Below, piece by piece: positions 55,279 through 64,000 of a DNA stretch of 64,000 nucleotides (position 1 is the stretch's first letter; each line of letters opens with the position of its first letter). The notes under the pieces were generated by a model. That model did not search any database and had not been told where the DNA came from. It saw only the letters and a program-made list of their open reading frames with translations. The translations under genes were made by a program, and so were the position numbers. This stretch comes from Nitrospirota bacterium (GTDB lineage: Bacteria > Nitrospirota > UBA9217): the NCBI GenBank assembly GCA_963818475.1, contig CAWFSF010000006.1:640001-704000 (forward strand), given 5' to 3'.

Positions 55279-55418
55279 CCTGAATCCGGACAAGCCGGAA
55301 CGCAGATATTGCTGCCACGAATGACACGAAGGCACGAAGAAATGCCTGAGTCTCACGGGTTGTCTATAAACAATAAGTTATTACAGACGTTACTTAGCGT
55401 CATTCGCGCCTTCGTGGC
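55279..55418. repeat. Hairpin element E8 (CACGAA units) with flanking CCGGACAAGCCGGAAC
   Basis: GCCACGAATGACACGAAGGCACGAAG ... CTTAGCGTCATTCGCGCCTTCGTGGC. Confidence 0.78.
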
Positions 55419-55443
55419 AAAATGGTCTGATCGTTTTGAGATC

Positions 55444-57442
55444 TTATCTCAACACTGCCTCAGCTGCCTCGGCCACCGTATCGACCAGTTTGATCGTGAT
55501 GCCGCGCCTGATCTCTTCCGAAAGCTCCTCCACGTCGACCCGGTTCTTTGCCGGCATGATGATGGTGGCCACCTTCGCGCGCTTCGCCGCAAGCACTTTT
55601 TCCCTGATGCCGCCCACCGGCAGGATCCTGCCGGTCAGCGTGATCTCGCCGGTCATGGCCACATCGCGCCGGGCAGGCCGTTTGGTCAGGAGCGACAGGA
55701 GCGCCACGGCGATCGTGATGCCTGCCGACGGGCCGTCCTTCTGGATGGCGCCGCCCGGCACATGGATATGGATGTCCTGGCGTTCGAAGAAGTTCTCGTC
55801 GATCCCGAAGGCGGCGGCGCTGCTCCTGATGTAGCTCAGCGCGGCCTGCACGGATTCGCGCATCACCTCGCCGAGCGAACCGGTGATGATCAGCTCCTTG
55901 TCGCCCTTCATCCGGGCCGCCTCGACGAAGATGATGTCGCCGCCGGCCCCGGTCCAGACCAGGCCGGTGGTCACGCCGATCCGGTCCTGCTCCTCGATCA
56001 CCTCGAATTGGATACTTCCGTTTGCCCAGAAAGTGCTCGACCTGATCGGTCGTGACGCGGACCGCGCCGTCAGCCTCGCCCTGGAGCGACTCCTTGGCGA
56101 TCTTGCGGCAGATCGTGGCGATCTTCCGCTCCAGGCTCCTGATGCCGGCCTCGCGCGTGTATTCCTGGATGATCTTCTGCACCGCATCGGCGGCGAAGCC
56201 GACCCGGTTCGTTGACAGGCCTTTTTCCCTGATCTGCTTCGGCACCAGGAACCGCGCCGCGATCTGCGCCTTCTCCTCCTGCGTATAGCCCGGGAACTCG
56301 ATCACCTCCATGCGGTCCCGGAGGGGAGCGTGGATGGTGTCGAGCAGGTTGGCGGTCACGATGAACATGACGCTCGAAAGGTCGAAGGGCACGTCAAGGT
56401 AGTGGTCGACGAAGGCCTGGTTCTGCTCCGGGTCGAGCACCTCCAGGAGCGCCGAGGCCGGGTCGCCCTTGAAGTCGTGGCCGATCTTGTCCAGTTCGTC
56501 CAGCATGATCACGGGGTTCGCCGTCTCCAGCCGGCGGATCTCCTCGATGATGCGGCCCGGCTTGGCGCCCACATAGGTCCGGCGGTGCCCGCGGATGTCG
56601 GCCTCGTCCTTCATGCCCGCCCAGTGCGATGCGCGTGAATTTCCTTCCCAGCGCCTGCGCCACGGCCCTGCCGACGGAGGTCTTGCCGGTGCCGGGAGGG
56701 CCGGAGAAGCAGAGGACCGAGCCCTTGGTGCTCTTGACCACGGCCTTTTTCTCAAGCGCCTTGCGTACGGCGCTCGCGCACCTCGTCGAGCTTGAAGGGC
56801 TTGGCAATGTAATCGAAGGCGCCTTTCTTGACCGCCTCAATGGCCGAAGAGATCGAGGCAAAGCCGGTCACCACGATCACTTTGATGTCCGGGTAGCGGC
56901 CGCCGATCTTCTCGAGCAGTTCCATGCCGTCCAGGGACGCCATCTTCAGATCGGTAAGGACCACATCGAACTCGTGGGCTTCGAGCTTTCGGAGCGCGTC
57001 AGCGCCGTCCAGCAGCCGTGACCACTTCATACTGTTCCCTGGTCAGAACGTGTTCGAGGTTCTTGCGCGCGATCTCTTCATCGTCGACCACCAGGATGAG
57101 CGGTTTCCGGTTCAGCCGCATGACCTTTACGGCCAGGTGCTCCATGATGCGTTCTTTGACCTTGTTCAGGCCGTAGTGGTTCTCGTTCAGGAGCCGCTCG
57201 GCGCGCGCCAGGTCGAGGTTGTCTTCGGTCTTTTTGTTCCAGGGCAGGGTGACCAGGTAATCGATGTAGGTGAGGCCGATGGAATATTCGGCAGAGGCAG
57301 GGCTGATCTTGGTGAGCATCTCCAGTTCCTGCTCAGCGATCTTCTCGACGCCTGCAGGCATTTTTGCGTCAACGACCTTGCGCCGCAGATCGGCAACATT
57401 TGACTGCTGTTCACTGTCCTCGGATTTTTTGAAAAAACTCAT
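55444..57442 (-). CDS. lon: Lon (endopeptidase La) lacking the N-terminal domain, with an inserted response-regulator receiver domain (frameshifts)
   Basis: [14 protein letters not shown], then REC (ILVVDD..LTDLKM..KPF), [44 protein letters not shown]. Confidence 0.88.
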
Positions 57443-57644
57443 GGTCCACCGCCGTCTTATTGGAGTGTTACAAAATACAACGTTTTCAGTTCCGATGCAA
57501 CACTTAAATTAATCCTTACAATACAACGGTTAACAATATCAGAATGAATATCCTATTGCAAAGTAAAACATTTCGGTCAGGAGGCCAAATAGGAATGGCC
57601 GATAACTTATCTCTGTTATCAACATGTTATGAGTTTATCTCTCT

Positions 57645-57661
57645 TTGGCACGGGAAATGTA
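57645..57661 (+). promoter_or_regulatory. Putative sigma54 (-24/-12) promoter
   Basis: TTGGCACGGGAAATGTA: GG-N10-GT (non-canonical -12), 37 bp upstream of ATG 57698; two bEBP genes are in the cluster. Confidence 0.55.
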
Positions 57662-57697
57662 ATAAGAGAAGTATCTTACCACACAGGAGGCAACAAA

Positions 57698-57874
57698 ATG
57701 AAAAGCTTACTTAAGAAGTTCGAAACAACCATGGTGGCAGCAGCCTTTGCCGAGGAAGGCGAATTCGAGACTGCACGGCAGATCATGAAGGAAGAGACCG
57801 TACGGAAGACCGACCGGCCTGCAACGCGCGACCAGAAGCGTCCGACCGCACGCAAGGAGCTCCGCGCCAACTAA
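57698..57874 (+). CDS. Small hypothetical protein with AAAFAEEG motif
   Basis: AGGAGG RBS; MKSLLKKFETTMVAAAFAEEGEFETARQIM. Confidence 0.7.
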   Translation: MKSLLKKFETTMVAAAFAEEGEFETARQIMKEETVRKTDRPATRDQKRPTARKELRAN

Positions 57875-57901
57875 CGCATCGATGTTCACTGAGGTCCGAT
57901 C

Positions 57902-58413
57902 ATGGGGATGGACAGATTGAAGAAGATGATGAAGCAGATAGAGGACGTGATGGCGGCAGCGACCTTTGCGGAAGAAGGGGTGCCGGATGCTGCCCGCTCC
58001 CTGCTCGGTGAAGGGCGGCGGGTGCTGCTCGGCCTGAAAGAGGGCCGGATCGATGCCAGGACGCTCAAGTACGCCTTGAACACGTCAAAAAGGATCAATG
58101 CCCAGCTCGACATCCTGTTCGTCACGTCCGGGGCAGGGCCGTCAGACAGTGCTGTCGTTCCTGATGCGGACCTCGTGCGCTTCCAGGAAACATTGAGGAA
58201 GGAAGGAGTTCCTTATCGCCTCATCCGCGAAGCGGCTGTCTCAAACAGCAGATCATCGAGCATACCCAGAAGGACAAGGAGATCGCCTTCGCGATCATCG
58301 AGTCCCCGAACAGCCTGGAGAGGGACTGCAACAAAAAGGATAAAACGCTTTCGGAACTGTGGCAGAAACTGAAATGCCCGCTCGTCGTGGTCATGGACGA
58401 AGCGAGGGTGTAG
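57902..58413 (+). CDS. USP-like protein with N-terminal AATFAEEG motif (frameshift near 58230)
   Basis: RVLLG..LKYALN..LDILFV; C-terminal CPLVVV. Confidence 0.65.
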
Positions 58414-58418
58414 CACGG

Positions 58419-58465
58419 AATTCGGATTGCGGAATGCGGAATGAATGACAAAAGATCGAAGATAG
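58419..58465. repeat. Intergenic heptamer tandem repeats (A(T/A)TGCGG; AAGAT(C/A)G)
   Basis: AATTCGG ATTGCGG AATGCGG AATGA; same unit as the queC insertion. Confidence 0.6.
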
Positions 58466-58507
58466 AAACATAACACATCGTTAGTCATCATATAAGGAGG
58501 AATTACA

Positions 58508-58760
58508 ATGGCACACAGCACTACCAAGAAGAAGCCGGTGGCTGCAATGATCGTTATGGGTATCATCTCCATAGCGCTCTATGCGACACTCCTGCTGAAG
58601 CAGGACCTGATCAACGAGCACCTTCGCAAAGGGCGGCATGTACGCGTTGCTGCCGATCATCACGGCATTCGTATTTTCGTACTTTCACGGCGGGTTCACC
58701 GGTCATTTCTGGACCGTTCTGGGCGTCGAAGCAGCACGCAAGAAAAAGGAGGTAAAGTAA
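58508..58760 (+). CDS. Small two-TM membrane protein (frameshift near 58620)
   Basis: AAGGAGG RBS; LPIITAFVFSYFHGGFTGHFWTVLG. Confidence 0.65.
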
Positions 58761-58761
58761 C

Positions 58762-59845
58762 ATGCACGACATAGCGACGAGTTTCATCAATCTTGATGCG
58801 ATCACCATCCTTTATCTCTTCGGCGTCGGATTCGTAGGCGGTCTGGTCAGCGGCTTCATCGGCTCCGGCGGCGCGTTCGTGCTCACGCCCGGCATGATGA
58901 GCCTCGGCGTCCCCGGTCTCATGGCCGTGGCGAGCAACATGTGCCACAAGTTCCCCAAGGCGCTCGTGGGCGCCATGAAGCGGTTCAAGTACGGCCAGGT
59001 CGACGTGAAGCTCGGCGTCGTCCTCGGCGTATCGGCTGAAGCAGGCGTCCTGTACGGCGCAGGCATCCAGGAGAAGATCAAGGCGGCCTACGGCGACGCA
59101 GGCTCCAACCTCTATGTGAGCGTGGCCTTTGTCGTGATCCTGGCGACCGTCGGCGGCTTTGTTCTCTATGATGCCTGGAAGACCTATAAATCAGGCAATG
59201 CCAACGACGGAAGAGAAGGCCGGCAAGCTCGCAAAATGGGTGCAGTCCATCAACATCCCCGGCACCATGGTCTATTTCAAGAGCATCAATGCCCGCGTTT
59301 CGGTCCTGTTCACCATCCCGCTCGGCTTTGCAACAGGCATGCTGGCCGCGACGATCGCGGTCGGCGGTTTCGTCGGCGTTCCTGCGATGATCTATGTCCT
59401 CGGCGCACCGAGCCTCATGGCCTCGGCCACGGAGCTCGTGATCGCTTTCGTCATGGGTCTCGGCGGTTCGTTCAAGTATGCCATGCACGGCATGGTCGAC
59501 ATCCGGCTCGCCATGATCATCCTGGCCGGTTCGCTCTTCGGCATCCAGCTCGGCGCCATCGGCACCACCTATGTGAAGCCCTTCATGATCAAGGTCGTCA
59601 TGGGCGTGATCATGGTGATCGTGCTCTTCAGCCGCGGACTCATGGTTCCGGTGTATCTGTCCCAGCTCGGCCTCATCGACACGCTCGGCGACGCCACCGT
59701 AAAGTTGCTTAAAAACACCAGCTTTGCTATAATGATCTTCGCATTGCTGCTCGGCGCCTTCATCGTCCTTCGGGCCATGTGGCAGGGGAAACAGGCCGAG
59801 AAACTGCTGCACGCGTCAGGAGCACTGGAGCATGGGGAAGTATAG
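58762..59845 (+). CDS. TauE/SafE (TSUP) sulfite-exporter family protein (frameshift near 59210)
   Basis: SGFIGSGGAFVLTP, GQVDVKLG, AVGGFVGVPAMIY. Confidence 0.85.
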
Positions 59846-60690
59846 AAAGATCCTGGTAGCAATCGACGGTTCGGAATCCAGCCGGAACGCGCCTTCACCA
59901 GGCGTTCAAGCTGGCGAACGAAGAAAAATGCTGGATCACGGTCACCTCGGTGGTCCCGCCCTACGACGGGCGAGATCGAGATCGTGGGCGTCAAGGACAT
60001 CCGGGCGGCCCTCAGGAAACCCTGCGAGGACGCCATTGCGGAAGTGGAGCACATCGCCAGGACCGAGCGGATGCTCGATCAAAACGGTCTGCGAGGAAGG
60101 CGAGGTCTACGAGCGCATCGTAGATCTGGCCGATGCCGAGAACTGCGATGTCATTATCATGGGGCGGCGCGGGCGTCCATCATGTCGAACGCAGCCTGAT
60201 CGGGAGCGTGACGGCCCGGGTCATCGGCCATACCCAGCGCGATGTGCTGGTCGTGCCGAACAACACGGTTATCGGGTGGAAGACGATCGTTCTCGCGACC
60301 GACGGTTCGAGGTACAGCTCGGTGGCAACTGAAAAGGCGATCTCCTTCGCGCAGTCCTACGGTGGAGAACTGAGGGTCGTTTCCGTTGCTGATGTGCCCG
60401 CGGAATTTTACGCTGAAGCGCCCCAGGCGGTCGACGACCTGGTCAAGAAGGCAAAGGGCTATGTTGCCGGCGTAAAAAAGCAGGCTGAAGCTGCCGGCGT
60501 GAAAGCGGAAACCTTTGTGGGCGAGTCCGAAGCCTTCGAGGCCATAACCAATCTCGCCAAAGAGCAGAAGGCGGACATGATCGTTATCGGCTCTCATGGC
60601 AGGACAGGCCTCCGGAGGCTGCTTATGGGGAGCGTGGCGGAGAAGGTCATCGGTTATGCACCCTGTCCGGTGCTGGTAGTGAAATCGTAA
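59832..60690 (+). CDS. Tandem universal stress protein (frameshifts)
   Basis: ILVAIDGSE, GSVTARVI, LATDGS, GSHGRTGLRRLLMGSVAEKV, CPVLVV. Confidence 0.9.
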
Positions 60691-60709
60691 GCATACTCTT
60701 GGTATTTGA

Positions 60710-60741
60710 GGCTGAAGGAGAGAATCCTTCAGCCTTTTTTT
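60710..60741 (+). terminator. Intrinsic terminator
   Basis: GGCTGAAGGA-GAGAA-TCCTTCAGCC followed by T7. Confidence 0.8.
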
Positions 60742-60785
60742 ATGATTGCACGAGACTTATAACTTGTGATACTGTGGAAACAGTT

Positions 60786-60917
60786 AGCCACAGAAAGCAC
60801 ATAAGTCACATAAGTAAATCAAGAAGTTGAAGCGAATGTCGTTTTCACATGAGCCACTGAGGCAATTTCAAAACGAGTGGGCTAGCTTTGTATGTGCTTT
60901 TTGTGCATTTTGTGGCT
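60786..60917. repeat. Hairpin element E9 (CACA(T/G)AA units; same type as E2)
   Basis: AGCCACAGAAAGCACATAAGTCACATAAG ... TATGTGCTTTTTGTGCATTTTGTGGCT. Confidence 0.75.
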
Positions 60918-60940
60918 CAACTGCTCTTTTAGGGTAAACC

Positions 60941-62521
60941 ATGTCGCTTAAAAGAAAAATCGTCCTCAGCTTTTTCATCAGCGCCTTCATCATCGCCATC
61001 CTTGCGGCCTTCGAGTATCTCAGTTTCGTGGAGATCAGGAAGGAGATCCGCTACCTCGAGATCACCGACACGATCAGCAGAAAGTCACTCCAGCTGCGGC
61101 GGCATGAAAAGAACTATTTTCTGTACAGCCCGGAGCAGATGGAAGAAGAATCATCAGCGGTCCATACCTATCTCGGCGAGCTCAAAGACCTCCTTATCCA
61201 AGAATCCCGGCATCGACCGGGCGGACAATCTTTCGCTGCACAAAAGCATCATCGAGTATGAACAGCGGTTTACGGCTATTGAGAGCGAAGCCAGGCGTCT
61301 GTCCGGTCTCTTTCAGCAGATAAAGGCAACGTACCAAAAAAGCGAAAAGAAGTATTTCCCGCTGGTGGAGGCGACGTTTCTCGAACGGCCTGTCCGGTCC
61401 GCTGAGTTCCTGGAAACCCTGTTCCTTCTGCCCCGCGGCCATGCCCTGACCAGCGGCCTCCGGTCCCTTGGCGAGAATATTGTCTCGCTCAGAAAGACGG
61501 GTGAGGACATCCTGGTGATCTCCAAGGACCTCGACAAGATCGCCCGCGAGAAGGCCGAGACCGTGATCCGGGTGTCGCAGATCGCCATTCTCGTTTTCTT
61601 TCCCTTGTTCTTTTTCGTCGGCATCGGCATGCTGTTCTTTATCAGCACGAACGTGGTGCGAAGGCTCATGCTGCTGATCAATGTCGTGGAGCGGACCGGA
61701 AAAGGCTCCTATCCCCATCTGACGGTCCCGCGCGAAAAGGGCAGGGCCAGGACGAGGTGGGCGTGCTGATCGACAAGTTCAACGATATGGAAGACCAGCT
61801 TGCCGTGCGTGAGGCGGAGCTGGAGCGTAAGAACCAGGAACTGATGCAGACCAAGAAACTCGCCGCCATCGGCACGCTTGCCGCCGGCGTAGCGCATGAA
61901 CTGAACAATCCCCTGAACAATATTTATCTCTCGACGCAGGTGCTGGCGCGGGAAGTAAAAGATACCTGTCCGCCGGAGATGAAAGAGGTCTTTAGCGACA
62001 TTCTGTCCCAGACCGATCCGGGTCAAGAAGATCGTCGGCGATCTGCTCGAATTCGCACGGGGAAGGGAGCCGCACTTCCAGGATGTCGAACTGGCCGGCC
62101 TGATCCGCGGCCTCTTCAAACGCCTCCGGAACGACGGGCAGAGCGTCGCATGCACGCTCACGTCGGACCAGGCAGGAAGTCATGGTACGGGCCGACCAGG
62201 GACAGATGGAGCAGGTCTTCATCAATCTCTTCACGAACGCCATCGAAGCCATGGCCGGCCGGGGAGAGCTGCACGTGAACCTTTTCTCAACAGGCGATCT
62301 CGTAACGATCCAGGTCGCTGATTCCGGCGCCGGCATGCCCCGGGAATCGCTGGAAAAGATCTTCGAGCCTTTTTTTACCACCAAGGACAAAGGCACCGGC
62401 CTCGGCCTTGCGATCGTTTACAGTCTCATTAAAAAGCACCACGGCGACATTGCTGTTGACAGCGAAGAGGGCAAGGGCACGACGTTCACGATCACGCTGC
62501 CGAAGAAGGGGACCGCGGACC

Positions 62522-62532
<11 letters not shown>
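60941..62532 (+). CDS. Sensor histidine kinase (several frameshifts)
   Basis: [40 protein letters not shown]. Confidence 0.87.
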
Positions 62533-63853
<1,321 letters not shown>

Positions 63854-64000
63854 ATAGTCCTGCCAGAAACCAACCTTTCGTTCACCATGGCCGCAGCCCT
63901 ACTGCGTGTCAACTCCCCAGAATGAAACATTTTGCAATACCCCGAAAATACCCTGAATGGCAGTCTTTTTTTAATTGAATATATGAAACTTTTCTGATAC

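Overview
A 64 kb chromosomal window from a GC-rich anaerobe-type bacterium; gene content and order suggest Nitrospirota or Desulfobacterota (inference). Layout: (i) 1-5000: right end of an IS1202/ISNCY-like element and an AT-rich island encoding two PD-(D/E)XK nuclease-like proteins and an HhH DNA glycosylase-like protein (probable defence island). (ii) 5.2-20.6 kb: MATE exporter, B12-radical SAM enzyme, a signalling cluster with a CxxCH-bearing Cache kinase, tldD and mog. (iii) 21-38 kb: housekeeping block lepA-lepB-yicC-remA-gmk-rpoZ-coaBC-TPR-roadblock-aroQ-M24 peptidase-efp-accBC-thiE-livKH-purH. (iv) 38-52 kb: orphan integron-cassette-like gene, patatin, PhoU-like protein, MgtE-N/NRAMP pair, queC, tex, rluA and DUF genes. 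(v) 52-64 kb: sigma54 two-component cluster with a Lon protease carrying an internal receiver domain, divergent from a small-protein/USP/TauE operon. The most notable observations are the REC-Lon and nine intergenic hairpin elements whose arms are 3-4 short tandem repeats, with shared architecture but different sequences. Many genes, including essential ones, have single-base frameshifts, most likely long-read consensus errors, so merged-gene coordinates are approximate. No rRNA, tRNA or CRISPR array was seen.
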